Source: an uncultured Mollicutes bacterium (GTDB lineage Bacteria; Bacillota_I; Bacilli_A; RFN20; CAG-826). Taken from it: a stretch of 64,000 bases of DNA. Of the stretch, positions 39,357-49,335 are shown piece by piece (position 1 is the first letter of the stretch; each line of letters starts with the position of its first letter). The position numbers and the translations under genes are program-made. The notes beneath the pieces were generated by a model that worked only from the letters and a program-made list of their open reading frames with translations, was not told the origin of the DNA and made no database searches. Location: NCBI GenBank assembly GCA_900540395.1, contig UQFQ01000004.1, positions 23,765 to 87,764 on the forward strand. The letters run 5' to 3'.

Positions 39357-42044
39357 ATGGCTAAAAAGTATGTTTACCTCTTTAAAGAAGCACACGGCTT
39401 AGGCAAAGAGCTTCTCGGAGGAAAAGGTGCAGGCTTAGCAGAGATGACCTATATCGGCGTCCCTATTCCACAAGGTTTCACAATTACAACAGAAGCATGC
39501 ACACTTTATTATGAGAGTGGTAAAGTTTTACCAGAAAGTTTAATCAAAGAAATCGATAAAGGCATTCACGCTGTCGAAAAAGAATCTGGAAAATCATTCG
39601 GTGGAATTGATCCAACCAAGACACCACTTTTAGTTTCAGTTAGATCTGGCGCAAGAGTTTCTATGCCAGGTATGATGGATACCATTTTAAATTTAGGTTT
39701 AAATGATACATCTGTTGAAACACTCGCAAAAGTTAGCAACAATGAAAGATTTGCTTACGATTCATATCGTAGATTCATCCTTATGTTCACCAACATTGCA
39801 AAAGGTTGGCCAAGAACTGATATGGATAGAATGCTTGACAAAATCAAAGAAGACAACGGCTATAAACTTGATACCGAAGTTACAACCGAACAATTAAAAG
39901 AATTAGTTAAAGCATATAAAGCATATTATAAAGAAAAATTCGGTGAAGAGTTCCCATCAGACCCATATGTTCAATTACATGCTGCAGTTGAAGCAGTTTT
40001 CAGATCATGGGATAACCCAAGAGCTAACGTCTATAGACAAATGAACTCAATTCCATATGAATGGGGTACTGCTGTTAACGTTCAATCAATGGTTTTCGGT
40101 AACTTAAACGCTAACTCTGGTACTGGTGTTGCTTTCTCCAGAGACCCATCAAGCGGTGAAAAGAAAGTTTATGCTGAATACTTACCACAAGCTCAAGGTG
40201 AAGACGTCGTTGCTGGTATTAGAACTCCTTACCACATCGATTACTTAAAAGAGCAAATGCCAGATGTCTACAATCAATTTGAAAAGACAATCAAAGCAAT
40301 GGAAGCTCACTATAAAGATATGCAAGATATGGAATACACCGTTGAAGACGGCAAACTCTATTTCTTACAAACAAGAAACGGTAAGAGAACCGCTGCTGCT
40401 TCATTAAAGATTGCTCTTGATTTATTAGACGAAGGCGTCATTACAGAAGATGAAGCTGTTGTTAGAGTTGAACCAAAATTACTTGATTCATTACTCCACC
40501 CAACATTCGATCCAGCAGCTTTAAAAACTGCTACCCCAATCGCTAAAGGTAACCCAGCATCTCCAGGTGCAGGCGTTGGTCACTTAAGCTTTGATGCAGA
40601 AGATGCAAAAGCAAGAAGAGCAAATGGCGAAAGAGTAATTCTTGTTAGAGCTGAAACATCACCAGAAGATATTGAAGGTATGGTTTCCGCTGAAGCTATT
40701 TTAACTATGAGAGGTGGTATGACTTCTCACGCAGCAGTTGTTGCTCGTGGTATGGGTAAATGCTGTGTCACAGGTTGCTCTGCAGCTATTGTTGATGAAG
40801 AAAACAAAACATTAACTATCAACGGTAAAGTTTTCCACGAAAACGACACAATTTCTGTTGATGGTTCAACAGGTTCAGTCTACGAAGGTGCTATGGCTCT
40901 TATTCCAGCTGATACAAAAGCAGGAAACTTCGGCAGAATTATGAAACTTGCTGATAAGTATAGAAGACTTTCAATCAGAACTAATGCTGATACTCCAAAA
41001 GACGCAAAACAAGCTGCTGAATTTGGTGCTGAAGGTATTGGTCTTTGTAGAACAGAACATATGTTCTTCTCCGGCGACAGAATCTTCCACATGAGAAGAA
41101 TGATTCTCGCTGATACAGTTGAAGAAAGAGAACAAGCTTTAAGCGAACTTCTCCCATATCAAAGAGAAGACTTCTACGGATTATTCATGTCAATGAAGGA
41201 TCTTGAACATATCAACGTTAACGTTAGATTACTCGATCCACCTCTACATGAATTCTTACCAACAGAAGAAGATAAGATTAAAGAATTAGCTGATTCTTTA
41301 AATAAATCAGTTGAACAAATCAAAGCAAGAATTGAATATCTCCATGAATTCAACCCAATGATGGGACACAGAGGATGTAGATTAGACGTCACTTACCCAG
41401 AAATCGGAAGAATGCAAGCAAGAGCTATTGTTGAAGCTGCTATCAAAGCAAGCAAAGATACTGGTAAAGAAATCGAACCAGAAATCATGATTCCTTTAAC
41501 TCTTGATATTAAAGAATTCAAGTTCGTTAAGAAGATCATTGTTGAAGAAGTTGAAAAAGTTTTAAAAGAAAACAACATTTCAATGAAATATCACGTTGGT
41601 ACAATGATTGAAATCCCAAGAGCTGCTTTACTCTCTGGTGAAATCGCTTCTGAAGCTGAATTCTATTCATTCGGTACTAACGACTTAACACAAATGACCT
41701 TTGGTTTCTCAAGAGACGATGCTTCTAAGTTCTTAGGCGCATACTATGAAAACAAGATTCTTGAAGAAGATCCATTCCAACACGTTGATCAAAAAGGTGT
41801 CGGTAAATTAATTAAGATGGCAGTTGCTGATGGAAAAGCTACAAGACCAGATTTACTTTGTGGTGTTTGTGGTGAACACGGCGGCGATCCAGAATCAATT
41901 CACTTCTTCAATAAAGTTGGATTAGATTATGTTTCTTGCTCACCATTCAGAGTCCCAATTGCTAGACTTGCTGCAGCTCAAGCTGAAATCTTATTAAAGA
42001 GAGAAGAAGCAAAAGCCAAAAAAGGAAGCAAAAAATCTAAATAA
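39357..42044 (+). CDS. ppdK: Pyruvate, phosphate dikinase
   Basis: Full three-domain architecture with phospho-His GGMTSHAAVVARG and PEP-utilising C-terminal domain. Confidence 0.95.
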   Translation: MAKKYVYLFKEAHGLGKELLGGKGAGLAEMTYIGVPIPQGFTITTEACTLYYESGKVLPESLIKEIDKGIHAVEKESGKSFGGIDPTKTPLLVSVRSGARVSMPGMMDTILNLGLNDTSVETLAKVSNNERFAYDSYRRFILMFTNIAKGWPRTDMDRMLDKIKEDNGYKLDTEVTTEQLKELVKAYKAYYKEKFGEEFPSDPYVQLHAAVEAVFRSWDNPRANVYRQMNSIPYEWGTAVNVQSMVFGNLNANSGTGVAFSRDPSSGEKKVYAEYLPQAQGEDVVAGIRTPYHIDYLKEQMPDVYNQFEKTIKAMEAHYKDMQDMEYTVEDGKLYFLQTRNGKRTAAASLKIALDLLDEGVITEDEAVVRVEPKLLDSLLHPTFDPAALKTATPIAKGNPASPGAGVGHLSFDAEDAKARRANGERVILVRAETSPEDIEGMVSAEAILTMRGGMTSHAAVVARGMGKCCVTGCSAAIVDEENKTLTINGKVFHENDTISVDGSTGSVYEGAMALIPADTKAGNFGRIMKLADKYRRLSIRTNADTPKDAKQAAEFGAEGIGLCRTEHMFFSGDRIFHMRRMILADTVEEREQALSELLPYQREDFYGLFMSMKDLEHINVNVRLLDPPLHEFLPTEEDKIKELADSLNKSVEQIKARIEYLHEFNPMMGHRGCRLDVTYPEIGRMQARAIVEAAIKASKDTGKEIEPEIMIPLTLDIKEFKFVKKIIVEEVEKVLKENNISMKYHVGTMIEIPRAALLSGEIASEAEFYSFGTNDLTQMTFGFSRDDASKFLGAYYENKILEEDPFQHVDQKGVGKLIKMAVADGKATRPDLLCGVCGEHGGDPESIHFFNKVGLDYVSCSPFRVPIARLAAAQAEILLKREEAKAKKGSKKSK

Positions 42045-42062
42045 TTTAAAAGCCATTTAATT

Positions 42063-42091
42063 AAAAAGAGGAGCGAAAGTTCCTCTTTTTA
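42063..42091 (+). terminator. Intrinsic terminator after ppdK
   Basis: AGAGGA-gcgaaagt-TCCTCTTTTT. Confidence 0.7.
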
Positions 42092-42151
42092 AATGCTCAA
42101 AATTAAGCAAAATAGATATTATATATGAATTATTTTTTCTTAAATTTATTA

Positions 42152-42169
42152 AAAATAATTGAGTTTTGC
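42152..42169 (-). repeat. Copy 4 (reverse orientation) of the dispersed motif GCAAAACTCAATTATTTT
   Basis: See finding. Confidence 0.7.
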
Positions 42170-42180
42170 AGCTTTTTTCT

Positions 42181-42432
42181 TTATTTTATATACTTTGGTG
42201 AAAAATATAAATCGTTATTTTCGGTAATGTGACCAACTTTTTTATTGTTTAAATATATATCTCCATTATCATCTAGATAACCTGCTTTAAATTTTTCGAC
42301 ATATATTTCGCCTTCTTGTGTTAGCGTTGCAACCCTTTTACTATTAATATAAATAACGCCGTTGTGACTTATATAACCAACGAGCTTGTCTCCAATATAA
42401 ACATTTTTGTTATAACACTCTAAAAACAACAT
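42181..42432 (-). CDS. Small (83 aa) protein built of four tandem ~15-aa repeats
   Basis: Repeats DKLVGYISHNGVIY / SKRVATLTQEGEIY / EKFKAGYLDDNGDIY / NKKVGHITENNDLY. Placed 2 nt upstream of ispE on the same strand. Confidence 0.5.
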   Translation of the reverse strand: MLFLECYNKNVYIGDKLVGYISHNGVIYINSKRVATLTQEGEIYVEKFKAGYLDDNGDIYLNNKKVGHITENNDLYFSPKYIK

Positions 42433-42434
42433 AA

Positions 42435-43292
42435 TTATTTACCTAAAAACTTTGTCGCACATACTTGATAATGGTCAAGCGTATATTTCTTCTCTGCTCT
42501 TCGCCAGAGTTTTTTGTTATTGGTTAAAGCAAAAACACAACTACCTGATCCGCTCATTCTTACGCATTCAAAGCCATCATCTCTCAAATTTTCGATGATA
42601 TTAGAAATCGATGGAAGTAGCTCAATTGCTGGATTTTCTAAAGAATTAAACACATTATGACCAAGTCCTTCTAAATCATCTTTTAAATATAAATCCTTAA
42701 TAAGATTGATATCTCCGTGAGCTACATCCTCGCATCTATCTGCTACTTCAAAAACATCTTTTGTTGATAAGCCATCAAAAGGTTTTACTAAAAGAACATA
42801 AAAAGGGGCAACATGATCAAAAAATTCTAAAACTTCGCCCTTTCTTTTTAATAAAGTTGGTGAATTGAATATTGCCCAAGGAACATCGCTTCCAATCGCA
42901 ATTCCAATATCGATTAAATCCTCTTTTTTAGGCTTTAATTTTAATAATTTAATTACAGCTCTTAAAGCAGCACCAGCGTCTGCACTTCCTCCGCCTAGGC
43001 CAGCTTGTAGAAAGATATTCTTATGGATATTAATTAAAAAGTGTTCTCTAAAGCCCCGCTTTTCTCTGGCTTCATCAATAATTCTATGTACTAAATTATA
43101 TTTAGTAATTTTTAAAGAATAGTCGTCACATGTAACAAAATCATCTGTTGCATGTGGAGGAAGAATTTGAACTTCCAAAGAATCGTGCATTTCTAAAGGA
43201 AGCATAATTGTTTCTAAATTATGGTATCCGTCGTCTCTTAAATTTTTAATATCTAAAGATAAATTTATCTTTGCGTGTGCTTTTTCAATCAT
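42435..43292 (-). CDS. ispE: 4-diphosphocytidyl-2-C-methyl-D-erythritol kinase (GHMP kinase)
   Basis: KINLSLDI N-terminus and GHMP motif AGLGGGSADAGAAL. Confidence 0.85.
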   Translation of the reverse strand: MIEKAHAKINLSLDIKNLRDDGYHNLETIMLPLEMHDSLEVQILPPHATDDFVTCDDYSLKITKYNLVHRIIDEAREKRGFREHFLINIHKNIFLQAGLGGGSADAGAALRAVIKLLKLKPKKEDLIDIGIAIGSDVPWAIFNSPTLLKRKGEVLEFFDHVAPFYVLLVKPFDGLSTKDVFEVADRCEDVAHGDINLIKDLYLKDDLEGLGHNVFNSLENPAIELLPSISNIIENLRDDGFECVRMSGSGSCVFALTNNKKLWRRAEKKYTLDHYQVCATKFLGK

Positions 43293-43322
43293 ATAAAAAT
43301 TATATCTTTTCTCCCTTTATAT

Positions 43323-44156
43323 TCAATTAATGATTTTGAGTAGTTCCATAGATAATCTTTCAAAATCTTGAACTGTTAGTTCTTCAGCTCGTTTTGTTGG
43401 TAAAATATTTGCCTTATTAAAAACTTCAAGAAGAGAGTCTTTATTAGCAACTAAAGAAGAAAGATTATTTTGTAATGTTTTACGTCTATTTTGAAAAGCA
43501 ATTTTGCTTACTTTAAATAAAAACCTTGCAAAACCAATGTTTTTTTCTTGTTTTTTTGTTAAAGAAAACACTAAAGAATCAACATTAGGCACAGGAAAGA
43601 AGTTGCCTCTATCGACAACTAATTCTTGTTTTATATCAAATAAATAAGCCAGCAAAACATTTAAAGCATTGTAATCTTTTCCTGTTTTTGCGACTATTCG
43701 CTTGTAACATTCTTTCTGCACCATAAAAACAACTTTAGTTAATTTTTCATCTTCAAGGACCATTTTTAAGATTATTTCGCTTGTTATGTAATAAGGCAAA
43801 TTGCCGATAATTTTGTTTGCAGAAATTTCTTTAATCTTCAGGATGTTGTTTTTTGTAATTTTAATTTTCTTCTCATCAAAACTTCGAATAAGAAATTCAA
43901 CAAACTTTTGATCATATTCTACTACTTCGTATGAAGTATATTTCTTATCAAAAACAAATCCAGTTAAAGCTCCTAACCCAGGACCAATTTCGAGAACATT
44001 GTCTTCTTCGTTTATATCTAGCAAGTTTACTATCGAACTAGCAACACTTTGATTTACCAAAAAGTTTTGACCCAGTTCTTTTTTAGCGTGTGAATTAACC
44101 AATTTAAAGTAATCAATAATTTCATCTTTATTTAACATTTTTGACAACCTCTTCAA
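43323..44156 (-). CDS. rsmA: 16S rRNA (adenine1518/1519-N6)-dimethyltransferase
   Basis: KsgA motifs LGQNFL, EIGPGLGALT and NLPY. Confidence 0.9.
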   Translation of the reverse strand: MKRLSKMLNKDEIIDYFKLVNSHAKKELGQNFLVNQSVASSIVNLLDINEEDNVLEIGPGLGALTGFVFDKKYTSYEVVEYDQKFVEFLIRSFDEKKIKITKNNILKIKEISANKIIGNLPYYITSEIILKMVLEDEKLTKVVFMVQKECYKRIVAKTGKDYNALNVLLAYLFDIKQELVVDRGNFFPVPNVDSLVFSLTKKQEKNIGFARFLFKVSKIAFQNRRKTLQNNLSSLVANKDSLLEVFNKANILPTKRAEELTVQDFERLSMELLKIIN

Positions 44157-44676
44157 GCTCTTCTATTGTTATTTCTAGCATGTTCAACTTCTTAAGTAAA
44201 GTTTTGCAGTTTGAAAATCCAATGTGTAAATTTTCAGAAACCTTTTTTCTCAACTTAAAAGAGTTTTGGTTTCCTGTTAACCCTAACTCAACCAAGTCGC
44301 TCATTGTTATAGTATTACAATCTGCTCTTTTTGATGAAAATACTTTTGCATTCTGTAAAGCTGATTTAACTTCATCAACAGTAGACTCAGCAACCCCGAC
44401 TTTATTATGCTTGATTGAATTCTCTTTTCTAACAAAAGCATTTTTTAAGCCTGGTATTTTTTCGTTTAAATAATTCCTTATTTTCAAACCAGGAAAATCT
44501 GGATCAGTCAAGACAACAACTTCGCCCTTTTTTAAATATTCTTTAATAAAGGCAATATCTTTATCAGAAACAGCTGAACCGTTAACGCTATAAAAATCGC
44601 AATCTAAAAATGTAGATAAAAAATCAATGTCGGTTTTTCCTTCAACAACAATTAGAGTTTTCACAAATCTAGACAC
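44128..44676 (-). CDS. rnmV: Ribonuclease M5 (Toprim domain)
   Basis: IVVEGKTD..LTDPD Toprim motifs. Synteny with ksgA and tatD. Confidence 0.85.
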   Translation of the reverse strand: MSRFVKTLIVVEGKTDIDFLSTFLDCDFYSVNGSAVSDKDIAFIKEYLKKGEVVVLTDPDFPGLKIRNYLNEKIPGLKNAFVRKENSIKHNKVGVAESTVDEVKSALQNAKVFSSKRADCNTITMSDLVELGLTGNQNSFKLRKKVSENLHIGFSNCKTLLKKLNMLEITIEELEEVVKNVK

Positions 44677-45466
44677 TTTCTTTCACGTGTAAAATTTTGC
44701 AAGAATTATGAAAAGTTATTTTTTGAATCTCTTCATAACTTAAATTTAGCGATTCTGATGCATATTTTACAGTTTCTACAATATATTTAGGGATATTAAT
44801 TTTTCCACGGTATGGGACAGGAGCAAGATAAGGTGCGTCGGTTTCAAAAACAACAGAATCTAGAGGTATAGAGTGTAAAACCTCTTTTGCTTCCTTGGCG
44901 TTTTTAAAAGTTAATACACCACCAAAAGCTATTTTAAAATTGAGTTTTATAAACTCTTTCGCCATTTCTTTGCTCCCTGAGAAGCAATGCATTATTCCTG
45001 CCTCTTTAACTTTATTCGCTTTTAAAATATTAAATGTATCTTGAATCGCATCACGACAATGAATAGAGACTGGTAAGTTGTATTTATTAGCGAGTTCTAT
45101 TTGTTCAAGAAACATTTTAGTTTGTTTTTCTTTTATTTCTTGATCTTTTTCCCAATAATAATCCAAGCCTATTTCGCCTATAGCTTTTATTTTAGAAGAA
45201 GTGGATAAAAGTCTTTCTAATTGGTTAATTGTAGGGCAATCAGAATCTTTTAGATTGTATTGTTTATGTTCTGTTGGAATAACACCAATTGCACAGAAAA
45301 CATTTTCATACTTTTCTGAAAGTTTTATAGCGACCTTGGAACTTTCCAAATCCCACCCCACACATAAAAAATGTGTGACATTTTTATCTATAGCGCTTTT
45401 AACATAAAAATCTAAATTTTCTAATAACTTAGTATCATTTAAATGGATATGAGTATCAAAAATCAT
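44669..45466 (-). CDS. tatD: TatD-family metal-dependent deoxyribonuclease/hydrolase
   Basis: MIFDTHIHLN start and HCF..ETDAPY motifs. Confidence 0.85.
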   Translation of the reverse strand: MIFDTHIHLNDTKLLENLDFYVKSAIDKNVTHFLCVGWDLESSKVAIKLSEKYENVFCAIGVIPTEHKQYNLKDSDCPTINQLERLLSTSSKIKAIGEIGLDYYWEKDQEIKEKQTKMFLEQIELANKYNLPVSIHCRDAIQDTFNILKANKVKEAGIMHCFSGSKEMAKEFIKLNFKIAFGGVLTFKNAKEAKEVLHSIPLDSVVFETDAPYLAPVPYRGKINIPKYIVETVKYASESLNLSYEEIQKITFHNSCKILHVKESV

Positions 45467-45471
45467 AAAAA

Positions 45472-46797
45472 TTATTTCCCTACACAAAAACGAGAGAAAA
45501 TTTCTTTTGCTATATCAAAATCGTTATCTTCTCCAGTTATGGATAAAGTTTTTAAATATGCTTCTTTTAATTCGCTATTAATTAAATCGATAGGAATCTC
45601 AGACTTAACATCTATCAAAACTTGTTCAAGAATAGTTTTTATGTTTTCAAGAATCCCTATTTCTCTAGTGTTAGCAATAGAAGGATTGTCGTAGTTTTCT
45701 TTGCTTAATCCTAATTTTTCTATAATAGCTTTCTTAAGTGGTTCAACATCTTTATTTAATGCTGATACATATAATTTGTCGCCTAAATTGTTTTGCACAA
45801 GATCTTTTTTGTTATATACAAAAATTGTGTTTTTGCCTTCAACAAGTTTGGTTATTTCTTTGTCTTCTTCATCATATTCTTGGCTGTCAAAAACACAAAG
45901 AACTATGTCGCTGTCTTTCAACTTAGAAATACTCTTTTCAATTCCAATCGATTCGACTTCGTCAGAAGATTCGCGTATTCCGGCGGTATCGAATAGATTA
46001 ATCACAACGCCATTTAAATTAATTTTGCCTTCGACTATATCTCTAGTGGTACCTTTTACGTCAGTAACTATAGCTTTGTTTTCGTTAAGCAGCGCATTTA
46101 GAATAGACGATTTTCCAACGTTTGGCTTACCAACAATAGCAACATTTATTCCATCTTTAATGATGTTTCCTTTAACACCATCTTTAATCAATTTCTTTAT
46201 ATATTTAATATTTTCCTTGCAAACCTCAACTATTTTTTCATTATTTGCTTCTTCAATATCTAAATATTCAGGGTAATCAATATTTACTTCAATTAATGAT
46301 AAAATATCACCTAAGCTCTTTTTTAATGGATCAATAAGTTTGGCTGTATCTCCTTTTAAAGCCATTAAAGATAGTTTTTTGCTTTCTTCAGTTTCCGCAT
46401 TAATAAGGTCATTTATTGATTCTGCTTGCATTAAATTAAGTTTGCCGTGAGCATAAGCTCTAGAAGAATATTCTCCATTTGTGGCAAGTCTTGCCCCATT
46501 TTTTAAAGCAACTTTAATAATTCGATTAAAAATAAGTGGTGAACCATGACACATTATCTCAACGCTGTCTTCACCTGTAAAAGATCTAGGGCCTTTATAA
46601 GCTAGCAAGACAACTTCGTCAATAAGTTCTTCTTCATCCTTAATAAAACCATGATAAATAGTGTTTTTTTCTACCTTTGTTATATCCTTTGTAAAGAATT
46701 TTGAAACAATAAAAAAACAATCGTCACCACTAAGTCTGACGATTGCTAAGGCACTTCTTAACGGTGGAGTAGCTAAAGCGACGATTGTTTCAAACAT
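45472..46797 (-). CDS. mnmE: tRNA modification GTPase MnmE
   Basis: G-domain GKPNVGKSS, DTAG and C-terminal CVGK. Confidence 0.9.
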   Translation of the reverse strand: MFETIVALATPPLRSALAIVRLSGDDCFFIVSKFFTKDITKVEKNTIYHGFIKDEEELIDEVVLLAYKGPRSFTGEDSVEIMCHGSPLIFNRIIKVALKNGARLATNGEYSSRAYAHGKLNLMQAESINDLINAETEESKKLSLMALKGDTAKLIDPLKKSLGDILSLIEVNIDYPEYLDIEEANNEKIVEVCKENIKYIKKLIKDGVKGNIIKDGINVAIVGKPNVGKSSILNALLNENKAIVTDVKGTTRDIVEGKINLNGVVINLFDTAGIRESSDEVESIGIEKSISKLKDSDIVLCVFDSQEYDEEDKEITKLVEGKNTIFVYNKKDLVQNNLGDKLYVSALNKDVEPLKKAIIEKLGLSKENYDNPSIANTREIGILENIKTILEQVLIDVKSEIPIDLINSELKEAYLKTLSITGEDNDFDIAKEIFSRFCVGK

Positions 46798-46801
46798 TTA
46801 A

Positions 46802-47449
46802 TTACTCGGCCTTTTCTTCTTCGGAAGAAGTGGTGTTTACTTCTTTATCGAAAGGAGCATATTTAATGACAACAGCTCTATTTTTACCATCACCAACTGA
46901 TTCTGTTTTAATATTTTTCCAATTGGTTAATGCGTTATGAACTTTCTTTCTTTCATCTGGTGTCATTGGTTCAAGTTTAGCATCAACGTGTGTTGATAAA
47001 ACTTCTTTAGCAACCTTCTTAGCTTCATGAATAACTCTAGAGTATTTCTTATCTTTATAATTACCAATATCAAGAAGGATTCTGAATTTTCTTCTGAATT
47101 TTTGAGAAACAGCAAGCTTGACTAATTCGTTTAAAGATTCAAGTGATTTTCCGTTGTTTCCGATTAAGATAGAATTGTGATTTGTCTCAATTAAAACCTT
47201 AATAAGATTGTCGCGATAGAAAGTCTTTAAACTTGCGTCAAGATTTAAAGCGTGACATATATCTTTAATATATTCTTCTACAAAAAGAATAACATCGCTT
47301 GTTTCTTCAACAGAAATAGTAGTCTTTTTTGAAAATAAACCTTTCTTTTCTTCAACAATTTTATAAATTAATTCTTCTTCGGAAACATTTAATTCTTCGC
47401 TTGCTTGTTTTAAACAATCAGCAAGTGTTTTACCTGAATATAGTTTCAT
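46802..47449 (-). CDS. khpB: Jag/KhpB RNA-binding protein (KH plus R3H)
   Basis: Size, KH and R3H pattern. Position between mnmE and yidC. Confidence 0.8.
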   Translation of the reverse strand: MKLYSGKTLADCLKQASEELNVSEEELIYKIVEEKKGLFSKKTTISVEETSDVILFVEEYIKDICHALNLDASLKTFYRDNLIKVLIETNHNSILIGNNGKSLESLNELVKLAVSQKFRRKFRILLDIGNYKDKKYSRVIHEAKKVAKEVLSTHVDAKLEPMTPDERKKVHNALTNWKNIKTESVGDGKNRAVVIKYAPFDKEVNTTSSEEEKAE

Positions 47450-49335
47450 TATTGGACACTCCCTTCTTTCTTTTTAGTAAATAGTCTTTTAACTTTATCG
47501 TTAAACCCTTCTTTATTATTATCTTTATATTTACCATTACGTTTATTTGATCTAGCAATAAAAATGTAATGAATAATAACTGATTGAATAATTGAAATAA
47601 TAGCACCAGCAAACCAGTAAACACCCATAGCACTTGGAAGTGTGAAGCCCATGAAAATAATGAATATAGTCATTATCCATTGAGTGTATTTAAGTGTTTT
47701 GTTTTGTTGATTCATAGAAGAACTGTTATTTAATTTAGTAACAGATTTCATTTTCTTCTTATTTAGCCAATTAGGAATAAGCATAGAAACAATTTGTGCA
47801 GCACTCATTAAAATAACAAGAACAAGTGCAGTCCACCATCCTGGATTGCTTGGCCACCCACTAAAGTTGCTTAAAACAGACCATATGGTATCTGAAAGTC
47901 TTAATCCTAATACCGCATCTCTACTTAAGGAAGCGCTACCTTGTAAAGCATTCCAAACACAAATAAAGACAGGGAATTGGACAAAAATAATAAGAAGTGA
48001 AGCAAATGGGTGAACTTTATATTTTTTATAAAGCGCCATTTGAGCGGCTGCTAATTTTTGCTTTTCATAATCGTTTGAATTAGCATTTGGATATTTTTGT
48101 TGAAGTTTTGCAATTTCAGGTTGTAACAAAGTCATTTTTTGTTGTGACAATGTTGATGGCATTGTAACAAGCATAAAGAGGACTCTAATAATAAGAGTTG
48201 CAAGTAAAACAGCAAAGATTTGTCCATAACCATTCATTCCAAAGATATGAGCAAAGTTTTCAACCATTGTACCGATTGGATAAACTAAAAGACCTTCTAA
48301 GAATCCATGTTCAGAGAATGCTCTGCCCCATCCTTCATAAAAATCTTCGCCTTTTCCTTCAATTAAAACAGTATCGTTAAGTGGATCGTTAGATATATGA
48401 CCATAGAAACCATCATTAACAGTGATACAAGTTCTTAAATTAGCAGTTTGAGTATTTAATGTGGTTGACATTAAATTTAAGAAATTACTACTTAATCCGT
48501 CATCAAAAGAAAAACCTTCAGAAGTAACAATTTCATTATTCCAATTTTTAATATTTAAAAACTTATCAGTTGGGTTTTCTTCGTTATAGTATTTTACAAA
48601 GCCTGTGCGTGCTAAAAGAGCGTTATTTCTACCAATGTTATTTTCGCCACCTTCTAACATTTCATTAAGCAATTCTTCGTTAGTTGTATCGTTTTTATAT
48701 TCGCTTAACTGTGTGCTTGTATAACCATAAACTTGTTCATAAGTTAAAGTTTCAAGAGATAAGTTTGTTAAATTTTCTAATGAGGAAGCGTTTGCTTCTT
48801 CAATCATTGCATTTAAAACTTTACGATCTAGCTCTTCCCAATAAGAAGTGGAAGGAGTGATTATATTGTAGTTAGCTGCATTAGTAATAAGTGTTTTAGT
48901 GAAGTCATTTAAACCAAATGTATAACTAACACCGTTGGTATTTTCAACAGTAGAAATTCCCTTAGCATAAATAGTTACATTTTTTAATGCAAAAAGATTG
49001 TCATTGACTTTATAAAAGAACAACTCATGATTGTTTTGACCGTCCTCTCCAACATAAGGTAAGTCATCATTTGTATCATTTGCATTCTTTTCTAAAACAA
49101 GACAATTTAAATTAACTTTCTCCACATCAACGTTTGATTGAGCTTTGAAGGTGTCTAAAATATATTGTTCACCTTGTTCATAACTTTCAAAATAAGTAGT
49201 GTTCATGCCGTTATAGCCGAACATGTAGTTAGAAGTATCTAAATTTGAACAAAATGAGTTACAACTTGTAAGAAGTAATACCGCTCCTAATACGGCTGTT
49301 CCCCCAAAGACCTTTGTTAAACTTTTTTTATTCAT
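47449..49335 (-). CDS. yidC: YidC/Oxa1 membrane insertase with a lipoprotein signal (LLTSC lipobox) and an unusually large (~330-aa) N-terminal ectodomain
   Basis: C-terminal 5-TM insertase core (IFAVLLATLIIRVLFMLVTMPSTLSQQKM..LQPEI..LQQKY). rnpA-yidC-jag synteny. Confidence 0.8.
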   Translation of the reverse strand: MNKKSLTKVFGGTAVLGAVLLLTSCNSFCSNLDTSNYMFGYNGMNTTYFESYEQGEQYILDTFKAQSNVDVEKVNLNCLVLEKNANDTNDDLPYVGEDGQNNHELFFYKVNDNLFALKNVTIYAKGISTVENTNGVSYTFGLNDFTKTLITNAANYNIITPSTSYWEELDRKVLNAMIEEANASSLENLTNLSLETLTYEQVYGYTSTQLSEYKNDTTNEELLNEMLEGGENNIGRNNALLARTGFVKYYNEENPTDKFLNIKNWNNEIVTSEGFSFDDGLSSNFLNLMSTTLNTQTANLRTCITVNDGFYGHISNDPLNDTVLIEGKGEDFYEGWGRAFSEHGFLEGLLVYPIGTMVENFAHIFGMNGYGQIFAVLLATLIIRVLFMLVTMPSTLSQQKMTLLQPEIAKLQQKYPNANSNDYEKQKLAAAQMALYKKYKVHPFASLLIIFVQFPVFICVWNALQGSASLSRDAVLGLRLSDTIWSVLSNFSGWPSNPGWWTALVLVILMSAAQIVSMLIPNWLNKKKMKSVTKLNNSSSMNQQNKTLKYTQWIMTIFIIFMGFTLPSAMGVYWFAGAIISIIQSVIIHYIFIARSNKRNGKYKDNNKEGFNDKVKRLFTKKKEGSVQ

